Below, in pieces: positions 50,848 to 59,949 of a DNA stretch of 64,000 bases (the stretch's first letter is position 1; each line of letters starts with the position of its first letter). The stretch is from an uncultured candidate division Zixibacteria bacterium. Lineage in GTDB: Bacteria; Zixibacteria; MSB-5A5; GN15; PGXB01. The DNA is taken from contig OY969724.1 of NCBI GenBank assembly GCA_963702205.1, positions 3,680,001 through 3,744,000 of the forward strand. The letters run 5' to 3'. Made by a program: the position numbers and the translations under genes. The notes under the pieces were generated by a model that was given only the letters and a program-made list of their open reading frames with translations, had not been told where the DNA came from and made no database searches.

Positions 50848-52050
50848 TTACAAAAGCCGCGCCGAGATTTTCTTCTCGACATCCTCCAGCGTCGCGGAAA
50901 CGACATCGGCCTTATGATTTTTGATTGCACCAAAATCTTTCATGCCCGAACCGGTCAACATAAGGACCACTGTCTGGTCTTTGTCTATCCGTCCACTGTG
51001 TCGGAGCTTCTTGACCGCAAACAGGCTTGTCGCCGACGCCGGTTCCACGAACAGGCCCGATGCCGCCAGAATTTTCTGACCCTCAAGGATTTCCTCCTCG
51101 GTGACGTCCTCGGCCAGCCAGTTATACTTGCGGGCCTTGTCGAGGATTTCCACAGCACCCGAGGGATCGCCGGTCGAAATAGCCTCGGCTACCGTATGAA
51201 AATTCTTAAACGGAACAATGTGATCCCGACCCTCTTTTATGGCGCTCACGATCGGAGAGTTGTTTTTCGCCTGCACGATAATCATGCGCGGCAACCGGTC
51301 GGTCAGCCCGGCTTCTTTTAGTTCACGGTATCCTTTAAACAGCCCGCGCACGTGCCCGCAGGCCGACGTCGGCACCGCTATGAAATCCGGCACGCTTCCG
51401 CCGAGCTGCTCGTACATCTCGAACGCCTCCAGCTTATACCCCTCGATTCGCACCGGACCATTGCCGGAAATGATTCGCAGTCCAAGCTTCGGCCCCAGGG
51501 TCATAATGTGCTTCTTCATCTCGGAGTAATCCGGAGCCGTGACTTTTATGACGCACGCCCCGTGCATGCCCATCGCCAGGATTTTTTCATCCGGTGCGAA
51601 ATCGGGCACTAAGACGATAACATCGATCCCCGCCCGGGCACCGTACGCCGCCATTGAATGACCCATATTGCCGGTGGAAACCGTCGCGGTGACTTTTTCG
51701 CCCGTCAGACGAGCCATCGCGATACATGCCAGCGAGCCCCGGTCCTTGAAGCTCCAGGTCGGATTTTGAGTTTCGTTCTTGAGCAACAGGTTGTCTATAC
51801 CACAGAAAGCGGCCAGTTTTTTGTCGGTTAAAAGAGGCGTGTCGCCTTCGCCCAGCGACAGGCATTCATCGATATTGTCGAACGGCAGAAAATCGGCAAA
51901 ACGCTGCCAGATATATTTCCCCTCCCGGACGCGGGCTTTGTCCGGATCAGGTATCAATACTTCCAGCGATTCGCCGTCGTCCCCGAATTCTTCGATTCGT
52001 TCGAACGGATATATTTTTTCGGTCAATGTCGAGATCAGTTTCGGCTTCAT
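50848..52050 (-). CDS. thrC: Threonine synthase-like PLP enzyme
   Basis: SLGEGDTPL, KNETQNPTWSFKDRG, STGNMG, FVEPASAT, LTGSGMKD. Confidence 0.8.
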   Translation of the reverse strand: MKPKLISTLTEKIYPFERIEEFGDDGESLEVLIPDPDKARVREGKYIWQRFADFLPFDNIDECLSLGEGDTPLLTDKKLAAFCGIDNLLLKNETQNPTWSFKDRGSLACIAMARLTGEKVTATVSTGNMGHSMAAYGARAGIDVIVLVPDFAPDEKILAMGMHGACVIKVTAPDYSEMKKHIMTLGPKLGLRIISGNGPVRIEGYKLEAFEMYEQLGGSVPDFIAVPTSACGHVRGLFKGYRELKEAGLTDRLPRMIIVQAKNNSPIVSAIKEGRDHIVPFKNFHTVAEAISTGDPSGAVEILDKARKYNWLAEDVTEEEILEGQKILAASGLFVEPASATSLFAVKKLRHSGRIDKDQTVVLMLTGSGMKDFGAIKNHKADVVSATLEDVEKKISARLL

Positions 52051-52263
52051 TTCTTTCCTCATCAAATAAGCCGCCAATCTATTACAGAGGCGGCGTCAAG
52101 TCAAGCCAGGAGCGAGCGGCCTGTGCTCCGCAGGCCATGAATGTCAATGAAGGTTCAGGCTGGGGTTTTTTAAATTGTAACCTTGAAATTTCAATAATCG
52201 TAGATTAAACTGCTCTTACAGGGTTTATAATAAATATAATGGTTTAGTCATAAAGCAGGTCTC

Positions 52264-53904
52264 ATGTCGGACGATCTTCAATCTCGGCGAAAATTCATCA
52301 AAATGGTCCTGGCGGCAGCCCCGGTCATAGCTTTCGACTGGTCGGCTTTCCCGATTGGCGCTTTTGCGGAAGGCAGCAGCACTGACCAATGGGATGTCAT
52401 TGTGATCGGCTCCGGGCTGGGCGGACTTTCGGCGGCAGCCGCGTTCGCGCGGCAGGGTTTCCGCGTTCTGGTCCTCGAAAAACACACCCGCGCCGGAGGC
52501 TACGCCACAACCTTCAAACGCCCCGGGGGATTTCAATTCGATGTTTCATTGCACTCGACCTCGTTGCCCGAAAAAGACGGACGCCGATATATACAGGGTT
52601 TCCCAGAAATCACGGGCGTGGATTTCGTCCCCCACCCCAGTACTTTCCGGGCCGTTTTTCCGGACTACGACATCACCTGCCCGCAATGCAAGCCGGAAGA
52701 ATATGTCAACCACCTCAAAGACCACTTCCCTGACGAAGCGGCCGGCATAGATTCAATCTTCGAAACCATGCGCGGCATCGGAAGCGATATAAGCAAGCTG
52801 CAGAGCCTCAACGGCAGGATCGACTATAACCGATTTCCGTTCGACTTCCCATATCTATTCAAAGCCTACAGCCAGCCGTGGGGGCAGATCGTCGACGCGC
52901 AAATCAAGAGTCACAAACTCAGGAGTATCATCAACGTGCAGTGGGGCTATTACGGCCTTCCGCCGTCGAAGCTGTCGCCCATTTATTATGCCCTCCCGTT
53001 CATGGGCTATCTCGAAAACGGCGGCTATTATCCAAAGGGCGGCTCCCAGGTCATTTCCGATGCCTTCGTCAAATTCATCGAAGAGCATGGCGGCAAAGTG
53101 ATGGTCGATACCCCGGTCATTGAAATTCTTATAAAAGACGGCGCCGCCTACGGCGTTCGAACCGCAGACAACAAAACATATGCGGCCCGGGCGATAATCT
53201 CAAACGTCAACGCCCATAATACTTTCAATAAACTCATGACACCCGGCAACAATCTCGCTGAATATCTCGAAAAAATGTCCAAATACACGGTCTCGCTCTC
53301 ATCCTTCCAGGTCTGGCTGGGTTTAAAAAAAGACCTCGTTCACAAGCTTGGTCTTAAAGATACCGAGATATTTTATTTTGATGGCTATGACTATGAAGCC
53401 GCGTTCAAGGCTATGGTTGAAGGCCGGATTGCCGACGTCGGCGGCTACGGGTTAACTCTGTATGATAACTTGTACGATAGCTACTCACCTAAGGGCAAAA
53501 ATACGGTCAACATTATCTCGCTGATGGGTTATGACCACTGGAAAAAATACGAAGACGATTATTTCAAAGGCCACAAAGACGTCTATAACGCCGAAAAGCA
53601 AAGAATCGCGGATTTCCTCATCGACCGGATCGAGCAAACCATGATGCCCGGCCTGCGCGACGCCATCGAAGTCAAAGAAATCGGCAGCCCGCTGACCAAC
53701 GTCCGCTACACAGGAAATTATCGCGGCGGCATTTACGGCTGGGATCAGACGATAGACAATGCCATGCCCAACCGCCTGCCTCAGACGACCCCGATCGACA
53801 ATCTGTATTTATCGGGGGCCTGGACCCAGCCCGGCGGCGGGTACGGCGGTGTCATCTGGAGCGGACTGAGTTGTTTCGGCACTGTCATGAAAAACTGGGG
53901 GTAA
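52264..53904 (+). CDS. Tat-signal FAD oxidoreductase, phytoene desaturase/retinol saturase-like
   Basis: SRRKFIK Tat motif; VIGSGLGGL...LEKHTRAGG, YYPKGGSQ, TPIDNLYLSGAW. Confidence 0.85.
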   Translation: MSDDLQSRRKFIKMVLAAAPVIAFDWSAFPIGAFAEGSSTDQWDVIVIGSGLGGLSAAAAFARQGFRVLVLEKHTRAGGYATTFKRPGGFQFDVSLHSTSLPEKDGRRYIQGFPEITGVDFVPHPSTFRAVFPDYDITCPQCKPEEYVNHLKDHFPDEAAGIDSIFETMRGIGSDISKLQSLNGRIDYNRFPFDFPYLFKAYSQPWGQIVDAQIKSHKLRSIINVQWGYYGLPPSKLSPIYYALPFMGYLENGGYYPKGGSQVISDAFVKFIEEHGGKVMVDTPVIEILIKDGAAYGVRTADNKTYAARAIISNVNAHNTFNKLMTPGNNLAEYLEKMSKYTVSLSSFQVWLGLKKDLVHKLGLKDTEIFYFDGYDYEAAFKAMVEGRIADVGGYGLTLYDNLYDSYSPKGKNTVNIISLMGYDHWKKYEDDYFKGHKDVYNAEKQRIADFLIDRIEQTMMPGLRDAIEVKEIGSPLTNVRYTGNYRGGIYGWDQTIDNAMPNRLPQTTPIDNLYLSGAWTQPGGGYGGVIWSGLSCFGTVMKNWG

Positions 53905-54036
53905 TAAATAATATTTATCTGGCCCATTCGACAAAACGATCGAGTTGGAGCTTAAATGCGTTTTGCGATTGTTTTTGAATGAGCAAAGGAATATTTTCAA
54001 CGAAAAGTATTTGCCACAAATCATGCGGAGATAAAT

Positions 54037-54528
54037 ATGTCGTATCGTTTCGAACCGATCACGGCCGACGACCGCGAGGCTGTCATCGATATATTCAACC
54101 ACTTCGTCGAAAACAGCTTTGCATCGTACTTCACGAAAAAAATACCGTATGAATCTTTCAATCGTTTTCTGATACTGTTCGCCGACTATCCGGCGGTCAC
54201 CGTTCGTGACGACTCGGGCACCGCCGTCGGATTCGCCTTCATGCACGCTTATCATCCCGCCGACGGAATGCGTCATACCGCCGAGCTGACTTATTTCATC
54301 ATGCCCGACTATACCGGCCGAGGCCTCGGCAAACTCGTATTGGATTATCTGACCGAGGAAGCGCGCGAGCGCGGTATTACTATATTTCTCGCCCAGATTT
54401 CATCGCTCAACGAGCAGAGTCTGAACTTCCACAAGAAGTACGGTTTCCGTGAGGTCGGGAGGCTTGAAAAAATCGGGCGTAAAAACGGCCGCGATTACGA
54501 CGTCGTCTGGGTGCAAAAGGAAATTTAG
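54037..54528 (+). CDS. GNAT N-acetyltransferase (YncA/PAT-like)
   Basis: GRGLGK, NEQSLNFHKKYGF, GRKNGRDYDVVWVQK. Confidence 0.88.
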   Translation: MSYRFEPITADDREAVIDIFNHFVENSFASYFTKKIPYESFNRFLILFADYPAVTVRDDSGTAVGFAFMHAYHPADGMRHTAELTYFIMPDYTGRGLGKLVLDYLTEEARERGITIFLAQISSLNEQSLNFHKKYGFREVGRLEKIGRKNGRDYDVVWVQKEI

Positions 54529-54535
54529 GGGATAA

Positions 54536-56044
54536 ATGATGACAAGGCGCCATACCCGCAAAATTAGCATTATATTGGCCGCATTATGCATAATTTATCT
54601 GCTGCTCCTTATTCCCGACTCCGAGCCGGTCGCCCCGAACGACGATTCAACCGCGCAGCCGTTCGCGTGGAATCAGGATGATTACTGGTCGTCCCTTGAA
54701 GCCAGGTTCAACGACGCCCGCCGCCTCGGCTTTGATTCGCTTAATAATCAAATCGGTCAGGGATTTGATTCAACCGGCATTTTGATATCCGGCCTGGCCG
54801 TTGATTCATTACAACCCGACGATACACTTTTTAATAAAATCGAAACGCACCTGTTTGGCCTGTCGTGTCTGATAGCCGCCTGTCCGGACAGCCTCCAGGG
54901 CTTGATCGAGCTATATACCAGTCTTCGATATCGGCTTATGAATCAGGCGCAGCATTGGGACATGAATTCCCGGACCGCCCGCGACCGGGTGTATCGGCTG
55001 ATCTACGGCGGCAGAACGGCTCTTGAAGAAGTCATGCTGCAGGCCGGTCCGGACAAATGTCCTGAGTTGGTTTTGGGGGTTTCCGATATTTTACCCGGGA
55101 GATCATTCCCATTTATGGGTGTTACCATTCAATCGGGCGATATTTTCATTTCGAGAGGCGGCGCGCCGACATCGGCTTTAATAGCCCGGGGTAATGATTA
55201 TCCCGGCAACTTCTCTCATGCGGCGTTAGCATGCCTGGACAGACAGGATTCACTTAAGAACGCTTTACCCGAGCCACGTGAAATTTACTTGGTCGAATCG
55301 CACATCGAACAGGGTGTCGTGGTCAGCGATATCGACGAATATCTTAAAGACACCAAGCTGCGCATTCTGATTCTCCGGCTGAGGCCAGATCACCCGGCTC
55401 TTAAGACCATGCCCGAACTCCCGTTATCCGCTGCTCGTTGCGCCATGAGCTTGGCTCTCGCAAAACATATACCCTATGATTTCGCGATGGATATATCAGA
55501 CCCATTGAGGCTTTTTTGCTCAGAAGTGGTTTCCTATGCTTATAGACAGCTCGGAGTCAACCTTTGGGCGAGCCGATCGCACATTTCCAGCCCCGGAGTG
55601 AGAAACTGGCTGGCCGCGTTCGGAGTCCGGAATTTCACGACCCAGGAACCATCGGACCTCGAATACGACCCGCAGCTCCAGGTCGTGGCGGAATGGCGCG
55701 ATTATGAGACTTTATATAAGGACCACCTCGACAACGCCGTGGTCGATGTCATGCTCGAAGACGCCGATCGCGGCATGAAGCTCAAATATAATGTCTTCAC
55801 GCTGCCTGTCGCCCGGATTTTAAAACTTTACAGCTCTATATTAAATCTTTTCGATAAAGCCGGACCGATCCCGGAAGGCATGAACGCCACCGCTGCCCTT
55901 AAAAATGAATGGTTTTCCGGACGACACATGGAAATTGAAGAAAAACTGGAAGACCTGGCCCGGCGATTTAAGGACGAAAACGGCTACCTTGCCCCTTACT
56001 GGGAAATTGTCAAACTTGCCCGGCAGGCAAAAGATTCGATATAA
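54536..56044 (+). CDS. Permuted papain-like amidase (YiiX/YebB-like NlpC/P60) with N-terminal anchor
   Basis: QSGDIFISRG, FSHAAL, PYDFAM...LFCSEVV. Confidence 0.78.
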   Translation: MMTRRHTRKISIILAALCIIYLLLLIPDSEPVAPNDDSTAQPFAWNQDDYWSSLEARFNDARRLGFDSLNNQIGQGFDSTGILISGLAVDSLQPDDTLFNKIETHLFGLSCLIAACPDSLQGLIELYTSLRYRLMNQAQHWDMNSRTARDRVYRLIYGGRTALEEVMLQAGPDKCPELVLGVSDILPGRSFPFMGVTIQSGDIFISRGGAPTSALIARGNDYPGNFSHAALACLDRQDSLKNALPEPREIYLVESHIEQGVVVSDIDEYLKDTKLRILILRLRPDHPALKTMPELPLSAARCAMSLALAKHIPYDFAMDISDPLRLFCSEVVSYAYRQLGVNLWASRSHISSPGVRNWLAAFGVRNFTTQEPSDLEYDPQLQVVAEWRDYETLYKDHLDNAVVDVMLEDADRGMKLKYNVFTLPVARILKLYSSILNLFDKAGPIPEGMNATAALKNEWFSGRHMEIEEKLEDLARRFKDENGYLAPYWEIVKLARQAKDSI

Positions 56045-56243
56045 TATTGTTGAATTTTTGCGTTCGGAAACGTATCTTAGGTTATGACACTATCTCCATA
56101 TTAAACGTTTTATAGGTAGGGATCTTTTAGAAACTAACTGCAAAACCTAATGGGAGATTCTGCGCAATGATGCGCAAATGGCGTTTGTCCCGGGTAGTGG
56201 GTACGACGAACGAGTATCGGGACGAACAAATCTGGAGTGTAGA

Positions 56244-56585
56244 ATGAATATCTACGTGGGCAATCTGTCGCGTACGACGACAGAAGACGATCTTCGCGAC
56301 CTATTCGCCGAGTACGGCGATGTCAGCACTGTGAACATTCTAAAAGATCGCTACACAAATGAACCGCGCGGATTCGGCTTTGTCGAAATGCCCGGCAAAG
56401 ATGAAGCCCTGAAGGCAATCTCCGAGCTTAACGGCGCGGAACTTGGCGGACGCTCGTTGACCATCAACGAGGCTCGACCCCGCAATGACAGTCGCGGCGG
56501 CGGCGGCGGTGGTCGCGGTGGCGGCCGTGGCGGCGGCGGTGGATATCGCAGCGGTGGTGGCGGCGGCGGACGCGGCAGATACTAA
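56244..56585 (+). CDS. RRM RNA-binding protein with Gly/Arg-rich tail
   Basis: IYVGNL, RGFGFVEM, INEARPR, RGGG repeats; RBS GGAGT. Confidence 0.95.
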   Translation: MNIYVGNLSRTTTEDDLRDLFAEYGDVSTVNILKDRYTNEPRGFGFVEMPGKDEALKAISELNGAELGGRSLTINEARPRNDSRGGGGGGRGGGRGGGGGYRSGGGGGGRGRY

Positions 56586-56607
56586 AAAACCGCTTCCTAA
56601 AATTAGC

Positions 56608-56639
56608 AAAAAGGGATTCCCAACCGGAATCCCTTTTTT
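56608..56639 (+). terminator. Intrinsic terminator
   Basis: AGGGATTCC/GGAATCCCT stem plus U-tract. Confidence 0.8.
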
Positions 56640-56700
56640 ACAAAGACGAAGCATGTGTTGAAATAAAAAGAATAAGGCCCCGATAATCAGGCTGATCAAC

Positions 56701-57255
56701 ATGACGCATAAAACATACGACATCGTAACCGAGCGGCTCAGGCTAAGGCGTTTTACACTGGCCGACGCCCCCGAAGTTCAGCGCCTGGCCGGAGACAAGT
56801 TGATCGCCGCGACCACTCTCAATATCCCCCACCCCTATGAAGACGGCATGGCCGAAAATTGGATCGAGACGCATCTTAAAGAGGTCGACGAAGGCAAGCT
56901 CAGCAATTTCGCCATAACGCTCAAGAACGATGGTCAGCTTATGGGTGCTATCGGCCTGCATATCAATCCCCGGTTCAACCGTGCCGAACTCGGCTACTGG
57001 GTCGGGGTGCCGTATTGGAGCAAAGGTTACTGCACCGAAGCCGCGCGGGCCGTCGTCAAGCATGGTTTTGAGGATTTAAAGCTCCATCGAATTTTCGCCC
57101 ATCATATGGTCGGCAACGACGGTTCCGGTCGGGTCATGGGAAAGATCGGCATGAACTTTGAAGGTCATCTCCGCGAGCATGTCTGCAAAGATGGGCAATT
57201 TCTCGATTTGAAACTTTATGCAATTCTCGCGAAAGACTTCAACTCTGAAATATAG
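56701..57255 (+). CDS. RimJ/RimL-family GNAT acetyltransferase
   Basis: TERLRLRRF, AELGYW...YWSKGYCTEA, SGRVMGKIGM. Confidence 0.9.
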   Translation: MTHKTYDIVTERLRLRRFTLADAPEVQRLAGDKLIAATTLNIPHPYEDGMAENWIETHLKEVDEGKLSNFAITLKNDGQLMGAIGLHINPRFNRAELGYWVGVPYWSKGYCTEAARAVVKHGFEDLKLHRIFAHHMVGNDGSGRVMGKIGMNFEGHLREHVCKDGQFLDLKLYAILAKDFNSEI

Positions 57256-57266
57256 ACTTGCCGACA

Positions 57267-58073
57267 ATGAACCACAAAAAATATACCGATGCCAACCGCG
57301 AGGCGTGGAATGAGGTGACACCCATCCACCGGAAACACCGCCAAATCGACCTGAAATTAAAATTCAGAGAAAAGGGCTACTCCACGCTCGATAGTACAAT
57401 CACGGACAAACTTAAGGAAATCGGCCTGAAAAACAAAACCGTCGCGCAGGTTTTCTGCAACAACGGTCGCGAACTGCTTTCCATGATAAACCTCGGCGCC
57501 GTATCGGGGGTGGGGTTTGACATTTCCGATGAAGCCATAAAAGAAGCCGACGAACTGAAAGCTATCTCTGGGCTCAGCGCCGAATTCGTCCGAACCGATG
57601 TCTATGATATTGATAATGATTACTCCAACAGATTCGATCTGGTCTTTCTTTCAATCGGCGGACTGGTGTGGGCGCCTGATCTGGACGGCGCTTTTGTTAG
57701 AATCGCCGCGCTTTTAAAACCCGGCGGGCATCTGGTCATCTACGACGAGCACCCGTTTTACTATATGCTGGCCTGCGAGGATGAAGAAGGCTTCGATCAC
57801 AAATTTCCCGAAAAGCCGATATATTCCTATTTCAAAACTGATCCGTGGATTTCTAATTCAGGCATAGACTATATCGGCAAAACTACGTACAAAGCCAAAA
57901 CGAATTATAATTTCACGCATAAATTTTCAGACCTGATCAACGCCATCGCAAAACAGGGTATAATAATCTCGGAGCTGCAGGAATATCCTCACGATCTGTC
58001 AGGAGAAATGGAATACCTCGAAAGTAAAAAAATCCTGCCCCTAAGCTATCTGTTGACGGGTATCAAGCGTTAG
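57267..58073 (+). CDS. Class I SAM-dependent methyltransferase
   Basis: CNNGRELLS, GFDISDEAI, LLKPGGHL; start could be TTG 57258. Confidence 0.85.
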   Translation: MNHKKYTDANREAWNEVTPIHRKHRQIDLKLKFREKGYSTLDSTITDKLKEIGLKNKTVAQVFCNNGRELLSMINLGAVSGVGFDISDEAIKEADELKAISGLSAEFVRTDVYDIDNDYSNRFDLVFLSIGGLVWAPDLDGAFVRIAALLKPGGHLVIYDEHPFYYMLACEDEEGFDHKFPEKPIYSYFKTDPWISNSGIDYIGKTTYKAKTNYNFTHKFSDLINAIAKQGIIISELQEYPHDLSGEMEYLESKKILPLSYLLTGIKR

Positions 58074-58615
58074 AATTCACCCCAGACCGTATCCATGTCA
58101 GCCTCGGGCTTGGCCAGAAATGTGTCAAAGTCGTACTTATTGATATCGCCGGCGGCGATGTACTTCAGTAGTTGTTTGAACCGCAATAGCGGGATATATC
58201 CGGTCCGGGCGCCCTGGAGCTTGCCGGTCTTGTCGAAAAAATAATGAGACGGAAAGGCATCGAACTTAAAGGCCTTCTTGAGCTGGGCGACAGTAATCGT
58301 ATCGCCCATGAAAAAGATTCGATCTATGCTGTCGGGCTTAACCGAAATGCACGTGAAGTTTTCGTTCATGTACTTGATGATTTCCGGTCGTTCGAAAACG
58401 TCGTATTTCATCCTGCGACAGTACTGACACCAGTCGGCATTGAAGAACATATAGATGGGTTTGGTTCCGAACGGAAATTCCGGCAACGCCTGTTTGGCAT
58501 CCAGGAAGGCCACGGCCGTTTTTATATCTTCGGGCGTTTTCCTCTTATCGCCGCACCCTGACGCGGCCAGGGTCACCAATATTAAAATCAAAATCGCTGT
58601 TGTCGAACGCTTCAT
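58070..58615 (-). CDS. Thioredoxin-family (SoxW/DsbD-gamma-like) lipoprotein
   Basis: Lipobox ASGC; FNADWCQYCRRM; cis-Pro FPS. Confidence 0.85.
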   Translation of the reverse strand: MKRSTTAILILILVTLAASGCGDKRKTPEDIKTAVAFLDAKQALPEFPFGTKPIYMFFNADWCQYCRRMKYDVFERPEIIKYMNENFTCISVKPDSIDRIFFMGDTITVAQLKKAFKFDAFPSHYFFDKTGKLQGARTGYIPLLRFKQLLKYIAAGDINKYDFDTFLAKPEADMDTVWGEF

Positions 58616-58630
58616 AATTCTTTATACCTG

Positions 58631-58646
58631 CGGACCGACCGGTCCG
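58631..58646 (-). promoter_or_regulatory. Candidate bacterial SECIS element 2
   Basis: 6-bp GC stem, GGUC loop beginning after 23 nt from the UGA at 58664. Confidence 0.7.
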
Positions 58647-58651
58647 TTTCG

Positions 58652-58858
58652 TCAGCACGAAGCTCAGCTAAACCCGCTTTTCTGCTTGCAGGAGCCTATG
58701 TCCGCTTTGCCCGAAAATCCCGATGACGCAAATGTCGAAAATTTCTTCTCCACCTTGTCCGACTTGCAGTTCGGGCATATCACCGGACTGCTCGAAGAAC
58801 TCACCAGTTCTTCGAAGTCCTGCTCACAATCCTTGCATGTATACTCATAAAGCGGCAT
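58652..58858 (-). CDS. FmdB-family zinc-ribbon protein, probable selenoprotein (C-terminal U-A-S-C)
   Basis: MPLYEYTCKDC...CPNC; TGA at 58664-58666 followed by GCT TCG TGC TGA; downstream CGGACC-GGUC-GGUCCG hairpin. Without recoding the CDS ends at 58664. Confidence 0.8.
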
Positions 58859-59049
58859 TATTTTTTCACCTCGCTTAACATAAACAGCACTCCGGCCGCC
58901 ATCCCCAGCACTATGGCCCGACCGGGCCGGCACATCAACGGTCAGGTGGAGCCCAACTGTCCGTAAATCCAGCTTAAACCCCATCCCGCCAGTCCACCGA
59001 ATATAAGACCGGCGGACAAATTCGCAAACAGCTTTTTACTTAACCTCAT
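58858..59049 (-). CDS. Uncalled 63-aa two-TM membrane protein with in-frame UGA (probable selenoprotein, DUF6132-like)
   Basis: MRLSKKLFANLSAGLIFGGLAGWGLSWIYGQLGST-U-PLMCRPGRAIVLGMAAGVLFMLSEVKK*; fills the gap between DUF302 and FmdB; stop overlaps the next start (TAATG). Confidence 0.78.
58915..58928 (-). promoter_or_regulatory. Candidate bacterial SECIS element 1
   Basis: GGCCC-GGUC-GGGCC, loop beginning after 18 nt from the UGA at 58942-58944. Confidence 0.75.
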
Positions 59050-59422
59050 CCATAATGCTCTTCATGACGCCTTCGACGTCCCCGGCCAGCTTTTCCAGCC
59101 CGGCGTCGGGAAATAACTGCGAAATCATACTCGGCCGCGCCAGGGTCATGACGGTCTTCTCACCTTCGGAACGCACGACAATCTTGCACGGCATCATCAG
59201 CGCCACGTTTTTTTCTTTACCCAACGCTTCATGCGCAAACTTGGCATTACAAAGCTCGACTATTTTGAGCGGTCCCGACTCGAAACCCTTTTCTTTAAGA
59301 GTCTGCTGGACGTTATGAACCGCCAGCACGCGGAAGCCGTGTTCTGGAATCGCCTCTTCCAGCCTGGTTGAAACCTCATCGAACGGCCGCGATGATTCTA
59401 TGGTATAGCTCATATCAAACAT
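59036..59422 (-). CDS. DUF302 domain protein
   Basis: GFRVLAVHNVQQTLKEKG, IVELCNAKFA, ALMMPCKIVV. Confidence 0.88.
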   Translation of the reverse strand: MFDMSYTIESSRPFDEVSTRLEEAIPEHGFRVLAVHNVQQTLKEKGFESGPLKIVELCNAKFAHEALGKEKNVALMMPCKIVVRSEGEKTVMTLARPSMISQLFPDAGLEKLAGDVEGVMKSIMDEVK

Positions 59423-59426
59423 CTTG

Positions 59427-59849
59427 TCACTCCTCGATTATTTCATATTCCGACGTTATCTTCGCCGACATAAGCGATTGACTAACCATGCAATACTTGT
59501 CCCTGGACAGTCCGATTGCCTTCTCCACTTTTTTCGGATCGAGTTCTTTTCCGCGAAAACTATATTTAATTTCGATGCGATTGAACGGCTTGGGGTATTC
59601 ATCGGGTGTAAAGCCCCGGACTTCTATATCCAATCCGGTCACGTTCTGACGCATCTTTTCGAGAATACGGACGATATCGATCCCGGTGCACCCGGCGACG
59701 GCAAACAAAACCAGTTCGGTCGGTTTGTATCCATTTTCCTCGCCTCCGGCGGCTTTGGCCCCGTCGGTTGCGATCGTATGTCCGAAAACCGACTTGCCCT
59801 CGAATCTCAGACCGCCGGTCCATTTGACTTTAGCTTCAAGCATCGGCAT
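59427..59849 (-). CDS. OsmC family (YhfA-like) protein
   Basis: GYKPTELVLFAVAGCTGIDI, LSRDKYCMVS. Confidence 0.9.
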   Translation of the reverse strand: MPMLEAKVKWTGGLRFEGKSVFGHTIATDGAKAAGGEENGYKPTELVLFAVAGCTGIDIVRILEKMRQNVTGLDIEVRGFTPDEYPKPFNRIEIKYSFRGKELDPKKVEKAIGLSRDKYCMVSQSLMSAKITSEYEIIEE

Positions 59850-59949
59850 TATTCTCCATTTCTATTTAGATGCATATTTCCCCGTTTCGATTCATAAATT
59901 CGCGGTAAATATAAGATTTTTCACGGGAATTACAGGAGAATAAATGAAA

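Noticed and set aside
56494..56575. GGC-rich repeat as a contingency locus
   Set aside because: Ordinary Gly/Arg-rich tail of an RRM protein
58859..58984. N-terminal extension of the FmdB ORF in the track
   Set aside because: The family starts at MPLYEY (58858) with an RBS; the upstream stretch is better explained by the UGA-containing membrane protein in another frame
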